This document shows, in pieces, positions 1-29,463 of a DNA stretch of 64,000 nt. This DNA comes from Podarcis filfolensis (lineage: Eukaryota). The first letter of the stretch is position 1. Every line of letters starts with the position of its first letter. The notes under the pieces were generated by a model that saw only the letters and a list, made by a program, of their open reading frames with translations, was not told the DNA's origin and made no database searches. The stretch lies in the NCBI GenBank assembly GCA_964270895.1, contig OZ185436.1; one strand, given 5' to 3'. A program made the position numbers and the translations under genes.

Positions 1-383
1 ATTATTTCTTTGCATTTTTGCTTGCCCTGTTTGTTTGTTTGTTTGCTTGCTTTTCTTCCCCTTCCCCATCATTCTGACTTGTAGCATTATAGTATTGCAT
101 ATGTATGATAGCTCAGCCTGTGAGAATTGAAGTAAATATTAATGACTGCTCTAAGTGGACATGAGAAGTGAACCTTGCCCAGCCATTCCAAAGTACAGCC
201 TGGTTACCATGACCAGCCTAATGACTGCACACAGAGAAAGGGAGGTGGAATATTTGTATTTGATGACTAAAGCGTGAGTTGGAGAAGGTGATGCAAAAGA
301 AATACACAATGGATGTGAATCAAGGGCTGCAATCCAAAACACACTCCCCAGGGAATGAGCCCCATTGAATTTAGTAAATTCAA

Positions 384-479
384 TGTAAATATTGTATATA
401 GTAAATATTGTAAATATCTTGTAAATATATTTTATATTTATATTTATTGTAAAAATATTGTAAATATAGTAAAGATTGT
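384..479. repeat. AT-rich degenerate tandem repeat (TGTAAATAT-like)
   Basis: Repeated GTAAATAT/TTGTAAAT motifs in almost pure A/T sequence. Confidence 0.7.
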
Positions 480-763
480 TAGGATTGGGCTATAAAATGC
501 ACAGCACATGAAGGAGCTGCCTTGCAGCTGAGACACTTTCCTTCAATAGCTGTAGCACTGGTTTATTTGTGTTCCCGTGTAGTATTCCTATTGTTAACTG
601 AATCCACACAATTCCTGGTGCTAACCAAGAGATGGCAGAAGAATCAGAGGAATGTAATGCTGGCTGCATCATTGGCACTTTGCTCATCCTAAAACACTTT
701 ACTGGCCGTTCAGTCCCACAGAACATAATGAGGCTGACTTTTGAGTAGATGTACTGTATAGGA

Positions 764-1113
764 GGGACGCGGGTGACGCTGTGGGTTAAACCACAGAGCC
801 TAGGGCTTGCCGATCAGAAGGTTGGCGGTTCGAATCCCTGTGACGGGGTGAGCTCCCGTTGCTCAGTCCCTGCTCCTGCCAACCTAGCAGTTCGAAAGCA
901 CAAAGTACAAGTAGATAAATAGGTACCACTCCGGCGGAAAGGTAAATGGCGTTTCCGTACACTGCTCTGGTTCACCAGAAGCGGCTTAGTCATGCTGGCC
1001 ACATGACCCGGAAGCTGTACGCCGGCTCCCTCGGCCTATAGAGCGAGATGAGCGCCGCAACCCCAGAGTCGGCCATTACTGGACCTAATGGTCAGGGGTC
1101 CCTTTACCTTTAC
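764..1113 (+). mobile_element. Sauria-type (POM-like) SINE, full length
   Basis: tRNA-derived head with A-box-like TGACGCTGTGG and perfect B box GGTTCGAATCC (827-837); ends in an (ACCTTT)n tail; CpG-rich; near-identical second copy at 55136. Confidence 0.9.
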
Positions 1114-1170
1114 TTTTTAGGAAATCCTTGACAGTTGCCTGAAATACAGCTATCCAAACATCTCTTAATT

Positions 1171-2106
1171 CAGGAGCGGGGAGTGCTTTTCAGTCTGAGG
1201 GCCACATTCCCTTAAAAGCAAGCTTCTGGGGGCCGCATGCCAGTGGTGGGCAGAGCAAGGCAAAAGTGGGTGATGAATATAAAATTTTCTTTTTGTACTT
1301 TTAGTTTCTACACACACTCATACACCCCTCTATCCAGACAAGCAAGAGTTCATTTAAGGGGCATGTTCCAGCTAGGCAAAAACACCTGGGTCCAGTGAAG
1401 GATTTTGACTAGGGGGAAGAGAGATTGTGGCCTGGAGAGAGTTCTGCAGGTTGATGTCATGGACTGGCTGGACACTGAGGAATGGTGGGAGGAACTAGCG
1501 GCGGAACCCCCAAGGGACAAAGGCTCAGAGCCCGAGAATTGATGGTGGTCAGAGGGAGAAGACTGGGAGGAGGAGGTGTCAGAAGCTGAAGGGGCAACAG
1601 GGCTTAGTGAGCTGGAAGAGTCTGTGGCAGAGAGAAGTTCAGAATCAGAGGCAGAAGCTGAAGCAGGAGGGTGGGAGGAGAGAGGTCAAGAAGCAGAGAT
1701 GAGTCAGGCTGATCTAAAGGCATGGGTGACTTCCTTTCCTGCTGCGACCAGCTCCTCTCCTCCTTGGTCTCCCAGAATCAGAAGAGGCATGAAAAGGGCA
1801 GAGGAGGGACCGGTGAGGTGCAGATGCAGTCTCCGATTGCTTGGAGAAAACCCTGGAGAAAGGGACTTAGGTAGATGTGAGGAGGCAGGGACCTTCAGTC
1901 TCAGCAACTGCTTCATGAGGGCAAGACCTACCAGAGATGGGTTGCTGAGCTCATTAAGCCTGGCACTCCTGTGCTGATCATGTTTTTGCTAATAAAGAGT
2001 TGACTCCAACGATCACAGTGTGATTTACCACTGCTTGCTCCCGACAGCCAAGTAGAGAGTCCATGAGGGCCGCATTTGGCTCCTGAGTCTAGGGTTCCCG
2101 ACTCCG
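1171..2106. mobile_element. hAT-like non-autonomous element interrupted by an LTR-like insert
   Basis: Imperfect termini CAGGAGCGGGGA / TTCCCGACTCCGG with subterminal GAGGGCCACATT / GAGGGCCGCATTT; no clear TSD. Confidence 0.5.
1455..2046 (+). mobile_element. Solo-LTR-like element
   Basis: TG...CA termini (TGTCATGG / CCCGACA), purine-rich body, AATAAA at 1991-1996 near the 3' end; TSD not found. Confidence 0.55.
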
Positions 2107-5100
2107 GTCAGAGATAGCTCAGCTCCTGTGCCTTTAACAGCAGGCCTAATGCAGAGAAATTCAGCACATAAAAGAAGAATATTGGCATGGAGGTGAAGTG
2201 ATGGGAAAAACTTCAGCTGTTGAGTTTTGACATGTCAGGCAAAAATGAAATCAATACGGTAGTTTCTAGGTCAGTCGCTAACATCTCCTGTCACTGTTCT
2301 CCTAATTTAGGAACTGAGCTCTCGTTCTTGCAGGATTCCACTAGAAACATTTTCCACACAGGAGTGTCTTCCCTGAAAAGCACTTACAATATTTTAAAGC
2401 CTTGATTATGTTTATCATGCATAGACACCCTTCTTCACACCGACTGCTGGCCTTGATCCAGTTTGGCAAATTGTTCCTGTTTTCGTATGTCACACGCTTG
2501 CTGGATCCTCATTTCATGACACGGTTACTTTGCCCTTAATAGACAGGAATTCAGCAAGTTCACCAGTCCACAGTAGAGTAATGAATACAGTTACCGGGGT
2601 TGGATTTCCTTAGTGCTTTTGAACTCAACGTCACACTATTATGATAGTTCCATCAGCACAAGCATTTCCGCTTGCCACATGGAAAGATCTCCCTGCACCA
2701 CACTGTGTGCTTTTCTGGTGGGGGGGGGGGTTTCTCCTGACCGCCCCCCCCCCCAGAGCTGATATGGGGTTGCAGTAACTCTGCTGGCTCCTACTAGAAT
2801 CCAGCCCAACACGTCTGTCTTGTTCATCCACCCTGAAAGGCGCCCCCAGCTCAGATAACAGTAATAATCAAAACAAACCTAATCAAAACAGAACAAACAA
2901 CATAAAAATAAATCCACAGCAGAATAAATAGCTGTTAAAAAAAATGAAGAAGAAGAAACAGAGCCAGAGAGATAGAGATCTATTTACAACATATTTTCCT
3001 GCCATGACTGAAGACACTTCATCTCTGTCAGAAAAGAAGGAGCACCACAGCAGCTGTGCCTACACAAAATGCAGTGGGAAAGCTCAAGAAAGCAAGCCAG
3101 GCTGGCTGGAATAAAGGCTGAAGGGCAAAGCATTGGCTTGCTTGCAGACAGCAAGCTAAGATATCCACCCAAGGGAAAAACCCATTCTAGGTTCCGCTGG
3201 ACATTGGCGCAGGTGAGTAACATCTGTTCCTCCAGCTAGATTGATAAGCAAACCTTATCTATCCCCAGCCAATAGAATCTACTTTACTCCTAGGAAGAGC
3301 AAGATAACAACAGAGCAAGACTGGAGTAAAAGCCCTATCTGCTTCTGCCACAGCTCTCGGCCCAGGGTAAAGGGGCAGTACAAGTCAACCAATTGCAGCA
3401 AGCCAGCTCAAGCTTCCTAAATGGTGGCCTTGTTCCCTGGCTCTGGGGTTCTAACCTAACAGGCTGGGACACGTCCACCCAGAAAGGAGGAAGCCACCAC
3501 ATAGGGAACTCGTTTAGATTTTCACAATCAGGAAACAAATGGTGGGCGGGGGGGAGAGGATAGTGATGACTGCTCTTCTGGAAAGGGAATGCACCTTCTG
3601 CATAAATATTTGCTTAACTGCAGATTTGCCTGCATGAAGGAAGAAGAGTAATTATTACATAATTTTATGCAGGGAATGATTTACCTTACACTTGGATTGA
3701 GTACTACAATTAGAGGGAAGGCAGTAAAATGCAAGAAGGTCCATAATGTGCACCGTGGCTTTCTTAATAGCGTGGCTCTAAGTATACCTACTTGAAAGGG
3801 AGATTCACTGAACTTGTTGTAGGGGTTTATCTCTGAGCAGACCCCTGACAGACAAGCCAAAGATGACTCAAGCTCTAGATTGTGCTTTCTCCAAACACTA
3901 AGCCAAAAATATCCATGAATTACATACTGGTAGGTGTTTGTCAGTCTCCATAGTTTTGAAGAAAAAACAGGAGGTTACTAAGCCCCAGCTTCAGTTATGC
4001 CAGTCTGCTCTAAATTCTCAGTTGTGATGATACAAGCTCCCTACCTCTCCTGTGTTTTATCAGAAATGAGTCCCTTTTGTATTACATACTGCACTGGCTT
4101 CCTAAGGTTGAAATAACAACTTTTCTCATTCCTTTATTACTTCCAGCCTGGAGCTACCTCACGTTTTAGCTCTACAGTACTGATTTACCCACCCACTGGT
4201 GTCTGCTTGCTCAGGCTGGCCCACCGTCCTATGAATAGATCAGACAGAAATAAAGGTAGGACTTTGAGCTGAATTGCCTTTGGCTGGCGTTTACAGGGAA
4301 GGGCATCTTGCAAAGCTGGATATCTCTGATGACGTGTCCCAGCAGTACTAAGTCTAACAAGGCTGTCTCTCCTCTCTGTCCCATGCATACACACCCTGAT
4401 GAAGAAAAAGAGATCTGTTTGCACAACTAGAGTAGCTTGGCTGAGAGAAACACCCACATTTGAGTGGGTTAACAACATCATGATGGAAATGCAACACAGC
4501 CTTGGAAGAGTTTAGTGTGCAGTTCAAAGCAGACCTTCTTTGTACTCTGCCCTGGCAATCCATAGCAAGCGTAACATTTTAAAAGAAGTTAAGGTACAGG
4601 CATAGCTGTCAACATTTCCCTTTTTTAAGGGAATTTCCCTTATTCCGAATAGGATTTCTCACAAGAAAAGGGAAAAGTTGACAGCTATGTGTACAGGGTG
4701 TGTGTACAATTATTTCCAAAACCTAGGATCTTTTAACCAAAGTTAGCATGAGGTTTCTCTATTCATTGATATACTTGTATGTAGTCTATTTGTATTTGTT
4801 ATTCCTACTAGGAATATTTTAACATGGAAACTGTTTAAGCTAGAAGAAATTTGAGAGCCTTCCAGCTTTGGGATCTTTCCAGACTTATATGTATTTACTT
4901 TGCCACTTGTAGAGTTGCTTACTCCTGGTGGCAAAGGATCTAGAAGCTCCTGCTGAAATACTCTCCCTGGGTGTGCCCAAATTATTTATAATGCTCTGTT
5001 GAATACTGCTGCTGCTAACTTGTTCAATCCTGTGCTGTTGGAATGCTATTATACTTGTAGAAGCTTAGTGTTTGTGTCCCCTGAGTCCATCCATTCCACA

Positions 5101-5806
5101 CAGAATGCCAGGTAGCAATCCTATGACTTGCAGAAAGATAAGGTACACAAAACAGATGCTCCAGCTTTGGATTTCTACCTAAACTGGCTAAACTACTAGA
5201 TTCTTACTGTGTGCATACTGACTTCCAGGGGCTGAAGCAATGTGGAATTTCCCGCTCACTAGAGACACCCACCAAGAATGAAAGAAAGAAAATAATGTCT
5301 AAAAACCAAACTAGTCTAGAAGCTCAGTGTAAAGGACTGCTTACATTGGGTTTTGCCAAGCCTAAATATTTTGAATATAAAAAATGTTTGGTCATGTTGC
5401 ACAGCAGCAGAAACATCCCTTTAAACTTTGCTGAAGTTATACAGCTCACAACTATTTCATCAGTCATATACAAAGCCAAACAATGCCACTGAAGTTGATG
5501 GCAATTGTGAGCAGGCAAGATGAGTCAACTACATGGATGATCCATTGATGCAATTGTCCTTCAGGTTCCTGGACATGCAAATTTATACAATGAAAACACC
5601 CATTCGCTAGTTCTGCATGATAGACATCTCTTTGTAGCATACCAAAATGCACATGGGGGGAATTTGAAAAATAATTGACCTACTTTAAGTACTTGGAAAA
5701 GTTTTTTGAAAGTTTGTTATCAGCAGGTGGCTAGTGTAAAATTACATGATTTGGAATTTTGTCATATTTTACCTGATTCATCTAAGACCAAAGGAAATGA
5801 TTGGTT

Positions 5807-6168
5807 TGTTGTTGTTGTTTAGTCGTTTAGTCGTGTCCGACTCTTCGTGACCCCATGGACCAGAGCACACCAGGCACTCCTGTCTTCCACTGCCTCCCAC
5901 AGTTTGGTCAAACTCATGTTAGTAGCTTCGAGAACACTGTCCAACCATCTTGTCCTCTGTTGTCCCCTTCTCCTTGTGCCCTCAATCTTTCCCAACATCA
6001 GGGTCTTTTCCAGGGAGTCTTCTCTTCTTATCAGGTGGCCAAAGTATTGGAGCCTCAGCTTCAGGATCTGTCCTTCCAGTAAGCACCCATGGCTGATTTC
6101 CTTAAGAAAGGATAGGTTTGATCTTCTTGTAGTCCATGGGACTCTCTAGAGTCTCCTCCAGCACCATA
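5807..6168 (-). mobile_element. BovB (RTE) LINE 3' end, 5'-truncated
   Basis: The reverse strand reads ...CTCCAATACTTTGGCCACCTGAT...GAAAAGACCCTGATGTTGGGAAAGATTGAGGGC...GAAGAGTCGGACACGACTAAAC followed by an (AAC)n tail, matching the recalled BovB 3' consensus. Confidence 0.9.
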
Positions 6169-6459
6169 AAAATGGTTAAAAATGTTAATTGACCCAAGAG
6201 CTCAGCTGTCCACTTAACAGCTATTATTTCTTAAGCACCTTAAAAACACAGGATGCTATAAAATGTTAGTTGTGTTTAGCATAAAAAACCTAAGCAGAGC
6301 AAATTGAAAATAGAAAAGCAATTTGAAATTCTAAATGCAATTATTTCTTGGAAATAAATCCCATTGAATATAGCCAGATTACTTATGTAGAAACACAGAT
6401 AGGACTGCACTGCCATTGTGTAAAATCCAATTATATCATACTCAGAACAGACCCACTAA

Positions 6460-7106
6460 CTTGCCCGAAGATTAAGGCATTCTGGGAAATGATCTATAAT
6501 GAACTTAAAAAGGTATTTAAATATACTTTCCCCAAGAAACCAGAGGCCTTTCTCTTGGGTATAGTCGGCCAAGGGGTGTTAAAGACGGATATAACTTTCT
6601 TTATGTATGCTACAACAGCAGCTAGAATACTCATTGCGAAGTACTGGAAGATGCAAGAGCTACCCACACTGGAAGAATGGCAGATGAAGGTGATAGACTA
6701 CATGGGCTTGGCAGAAATGACGAGCAGAATCCGAAACCAGGGAAGAGAAGCAGCGCAAGAAGAATGGAAAAAATTCAAGGACTATTTAAAGAAATATCAC
6801 AAAGTTAATGAAAGTTAGAATGATGTTGGATTGGAAAGTAAATGGTTACTATTAGCAATGGTTAAGACAAGGAGAATAAGGAAGATTAGTTTAAATCTAA
6901 ATTAAAATAAGGGAAGATTTGCTGAGTAATTGATAAGAATTTGGAATACGGAAAAGGGAGGCATGAGGAAGTCGGGGAAGAAAGGTATAAGAAATTAGGA
7001 TATGAAATGGTACATGTTTTTTGTTTTGTTTATGTCTTTGTATGTTTATGTATGTTATGTTTATATGGAAAAAATTTTTGAATAAAAATATTATAAAAAA
7101 AAACAA
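6460..7106 (+). mobile_element. L1-clade LINE 3' fragment (ORF2 C-terminus, 3' UTR, A tail) with 17-bp TSD
   Basis: Uninterrupted CPKIKAFWEMI...TTAARILIAKYWK...EWQMK...EEWKKF frame ending at 6818; AATAAA at 7081; A-rich tail; exact direct repeat CAGAACAGACCCACTAA at 6443-6459 and 7107-7123. Confidence 0.9.
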
Positions 7107-7920
7107 CAGAACAGACCCACTAAATCAGGTTACTTAAGTCCATTGATTTCAGTGGATCTACTCTGAGCATAACTAATGTTGGCTGTCTCCCAATGATTTT
7201 ATTCGCAGTGCCTACTCAGAAGCCTTACTGAATTCAATGGGGCTAACTCCTGGGTGAGTGAGGTTAAGATTGCAGTCTTAGTTTACAATGCATGTCAGCT
7301 CAGACATAAGCCACATAGATTTCAATGGGACTTTCTTCCAGTTAAGTTAGTAAAGGTCTGAAGCTTAACTCTCAATCTAAGCATAATGGCAAATTTGGCT
7401 GTCTCAACTCTTATGCTGTTAGGCATAAACAATATGACACAGCCTGCAGCAGACCACTCTCCCAGAGCTCCACTTATGGTCGATTGTGGCACAGGTCTTT
7501 GGAATAGTGGTGGAAATGCTAATGTATAAAGGATGGAATGTTTTGAAATAGTTTTTCAGAAACTATTGGGCTTGGTTCTGCCACTTTACTGCCCTGCCCT
7601 TTCAAACATTGATATATAAAATGCATTACATTATTATAATGACCATATTATATTATAAACCAGGGAACAGAAGAGGAAACACAGACAACATGGGAGTGCA
7701 AATGATCCAGACACTGGTATGTATTTCCCATATAAATAACTACAAAATGTTTGTATTTTATTTATCAACAAATTCTATTTGAGCAAACTCCTCCTCATTG
7801 CTGGGGGGAAAAAGTTGTCCAGGTAATACAGCTACACTATTCCTTGCAGCAGTAAAAAGATGAAGTCAAAAAGCAGGAGAGGAAGGCAGAGAATAAAGCT
7901 ATTCCTTTTCAGTCCAGCAC

Positions 7921-8010
7921 CGCAGCCCTAACCACGTCTACTCAAAAGCAAGTCCTACTGAATTCAGTGGGGCTTGATCCCATGTAAATGGGGGTTAGGA
8001 CTGCAGCCTA
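7921..8010. repeat. Short hairpin repeat (GCAGCCCTAACC...TGAATTCA...GGTTAGGACTGCAGCC family)
   Basis: Self-complementary, about 90 bp; related copies at about 324-372, 6425-7180 (split by L1), 7205-7277 and 7285-7345. Confidence 0.6.
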
Positions 8011-8368
8011 AGCCTCAAGAGAGTTCTATAGTACTTCTGAGTAAATATGCTAGGGTTATACGTAAAAATATATAATTAAAATGGTAATACAAAAATATAA
8101 TATGCGCTTATTCTCATTAGAAAAAATTCCCAACAGTAAAGCATATACAAAGGCAATGCAGATGTACACACTTCAGAACTTCCCATCGTAATAAACTTGC
8201 TCGCTTGAGTCCCCCGCCCACTTCTAAGCAATTCTTATGCAAAAGCCTCCCCCTCTTTCGTACAGTCCAGGAAACACTTGGTTCCTTGCTAGCTTTCAAT
8301 TCCGGGTCGCTCATTAAATGCGGCCAGTCAGAATCAAACACGAACGAGGTCTCCCTGCCACACTCAAA

Positions 8369-8748
8369 CACGCATGCGCAGCGCGAGGCGGGCGTATCTC
8401 TCGAATGCCACGTTCCAAAGAAGAGAGGCGAAAGTAGGCGGGGAGGGGAGGGAATTTCGTTGAGGTCAACCAATCAGAAACGGCTGGTCCGAGTTTCTAA
8501 GAGCGGCCGCGTTATCCAATCCCAGTCACCGGAGAGGTCGGTACGGCCAATCAAAGCCCGCGGAGCAAAGGAAACTCTCGCGGCTGTTCGGAAGTGGGGA
8601 AGGAAAGGCGACGCGACCTTTAAAGCTGACCAATCCAGGACCGGAGGGCGGCCTTAGGCTCCACGCCAGTTCAATGGGAGCTGAAGCGTAGGAGGGCGGA
8701 AGCAGCCAATGGGCGATAGACGCAGCGGGGAGAGGGCGGGTTTATAAA
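8369..8748 (+). promoter_or_regulatory. P4HB CpG-island promoter with CCAAT-box array, GC boxes and TATA box
   Basis: CCAAT at 8470, 8516, 8547, 8630 and 8706 (plus TCAAT at 8671); GGGCGG at 8694 and 8734; TATAAA at 8743-8748, about 95 nt upstream of the ATG; NRF1-like CGCATGCGCA at 8371-8380; GCCACGT at 8407-8413. Confidence 0.85.
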
Positions 8749-8840
8749 GCGGGAGGCGGGCGCGGAGTGTTCTCTTTTGCGGCGCCTCTTCGTGGTCCGG
8801 TCTGTTCGCCTGGGATCCTGCCGTCATTGTCAGCGCCGCC

Positions 8841-27045
<18,205 letters not shown>

Positions 27046-27992
27046 AGACAAGTCCAATCTGCATATCCCCAGACACTACACTGTGGCTGCCACTTCATGC
27101 AGTTAAGCAAGTCCAGAACCAACTTGAACAAGAAGGCAGATGCTGTCTGAGAGTACAGGGAATGGTCTAAAGTAACCCTTCATCCTAACTTGTCTGTCAA
27201 CTGATTCCTCTACTTAATTTTTATTATTATTATTTTCAGTTTGGAAGAGGGATCTGCCTAGGTAGCCAGCCCTGCTGGGTCTTCTCTTTCCCCCCTCCTT
27301 TACACACTGTGATGTACATTTTCTTTTCCTAGAGTGTTCTGTGATCTGGGTAGAAGCAGATTGAAACGGCAACATGTCCCATTGCCTAACTCACTTTGGA
27401 GCCTCACCAGTAATGCCGCCTTAAAACTTACTCACACTTGTCCAAATGTCATAAGCTGCTGTTGGCCCAGCAGGGTCTTGGATACTGTCTCGGCTGTTTT
27501 TCAATTACTATTTCTTTTTTGGGCTGCTCCGGTGTGGAGGAACCTACTGGGCTGACCACGGTGGTGGCAGTGGAAAGGGAAATGAGCAGGTCCTCTTAAC
27601 TCATTGCATGGTCTTGCTTCCCTTTTATGCTGAACAGTATATGTATCTCTCTCTTCCAAAGATTAGGATGGCATAGAAGACTGTCCTTGAGGGGGAAAGG
27701 ACCCAATTACTCCTGAGGCAAAACCTTAACTGGTGTTGCCACCTTGCCCCCTGAACAAACAATACGACTTGCTCTTTACGCATTTGCTTTGTGAATGGGT
27801 CTCCCAGGCATTTACAGAGCTGTTTGGGAAGGGGCCTACCAGAATGAAACAAAAAGGACACTCAATAACTAGGTTTTTTTTGTGGGGGTACTTGAGAGCC
27901 AAGGAGTGATGGGAGGACAAGAATGTATGTTGACAGAATTGGAATTAGTTTGGAGCGTCTATGATGCTAAAAGGAATGGAACTCATTGGCCA

Positions 27993-28504
27993 AATAAAAG
28001 TTGATTTTAATACTATATTGTGTATCTGGCTGTTTTGTTTGAACTCTGGTTTAAGGAGAACTCTTTTCTCATCTAGGCCAGGAAGGATGAAAGTGGATTT
28101 AAGGTTTTATCTGTTGCTGAAACTTGCTTGCATGATAAATATTACCCCCTCCTGGGGGAAACTTATGTCCAGCCTTTTGCATGTTCTTACTATAGAATTC
28201 AAATCTGTTTTGCACAAATGCACATTTGAACAAAGTAACTTAATTTGTGCAAAGTATTGCGTTAGGTTTTCAGTATCTGAAGAACAGTATGTTCCATGGG
28301 AAGCGAACATGGTACTCTCCAGAGGTATACTATCACTTTCATCTTTGGCTATTTTGACTTCAGCTTATGAAAGTCCAATAGCAAGTATCTGGAGGGTGGA
28401 TTTATGCTATGTGGTAGCAAAACCTTAAAGAAAAATGGCAGTAGTGGGAAATTACCTACTAAGTACGGAATATAGAATGATACAAACCGTTCATAGATAA
28501 TAAA
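27993..28504 (+). terminator. Candidate P4HB polyadenylation signals
   Basis: AATAAA at 27993-27998 and 28499-28504, downstream of the stop codon; which one is used is not determinable from the sequence. Confidence 0.55.
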
Positions 28505-29343
28505 AAAACTAATCTGTACATTTAAACATTGATTACATCAAAAAATGCTTGAATTATTTTATCTGCATTCAGCTGTGTGCAAAACTGTACTTGTGGGGGG
28601 GCGGAACCCTAGATGCAACATTCCAGGAAATGTACAGGGTCAAATGAGGGGGACCTTACTCTCTCCACTTCCATTTAATTGCTATAACTCAGGAGATGAG
28701 CTCGGTCTGTATGTACTACTGAATAAGGTGGTAGAGCAGGCTGTGTCCCTGGAAAATTGGGAATTCTATCTGGTAATAAAATGTAAATTATGGCAGAAGG
28801 AGGCAGTATAGTAAGAGATCATATTTATTTTTGAAGAGGGGAAAAAAGAAGAGGAAATATTTACATATAGTTCCAAGCAAAAACTTTGTGGCTTGGTACC
28901 TGAGCTTAATGGGGCGTACCAGACATGGGAGCTAAAAATGGCTACCATACAGCTGCGAAGTCTTGAAGACCAGGTTTGCCTCATTGCACTTTTAAATGAT
29001 GTGTGAATGTTTCAAAAACTGCAGTAAAAAATTGACTTACACCACATTTTCAAGCCCTGCCCCCAATCTTTTCAGTTCTGAGTTACACTCAGTGTTATGG
29101 CTACCAATATAAAGATAACTAGCTCTTTTGGAAGATTATTGATTTGATCGGAACATGAAAAGCAAACCTAAATCTGAGCCATGAATTATCACACCCATCT
29201 TCTATAGTACCTGCATCCAGATAGATTTTACAACTGAGCAAAGGCACAAAGGATGGCTATAAGTGCCACATTCCCCACAGTGCCTCCAGCAGAGGGATTT
29301 GGGTGTTCACAAGATTTGTGACATTTTCACTAGGGTATAGTGC

Positions 29344-29463
29344 CAGGGCTTTTCAGCTGGAACTCTGTTCTGGCACCTCTCAGGTAGGCACCATTGCCAT
29401 TATAAGAGAACCAAGGGAGGCGTTCATACTAAGTTCGGCACCTCTTCTGGAAAAGTAGCACTG
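29344..29463. mobile_element. Short hAT-like MITE
   Basis: CAGGGCTTTT ... AAAAGTAGCACTG termini; TSD unclear. Confidence 0.45.

Noticed and set aside
764-840. tRNA gene
   Set aside because: The A and B boxes belong to the SINE head. There is no cloverleaf, and the sequence continues into SINE body.
1576-1977. 133-aa Glu-rich ORF as a host gene
   Set aside because: It starts at GTG and lies wholly within an LTR-like repeat with purine-biased composition.
6348-6818. 156-aa ORF as a gene
   Set aside because: It is an L1 ORF2 C-terminal fragment fused by chance to upstream flank sequence. The TSD defines the true boundary at 6460.
8630-8665. ERSE (CCAAT-N9-CCACG)
   Set aside because: The spacing is 26 nt, not 9.
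27961-28428. 155-aa ORF
   Set aside because: It lies in the P4HB 3' UTR region, has random composition and no domain.
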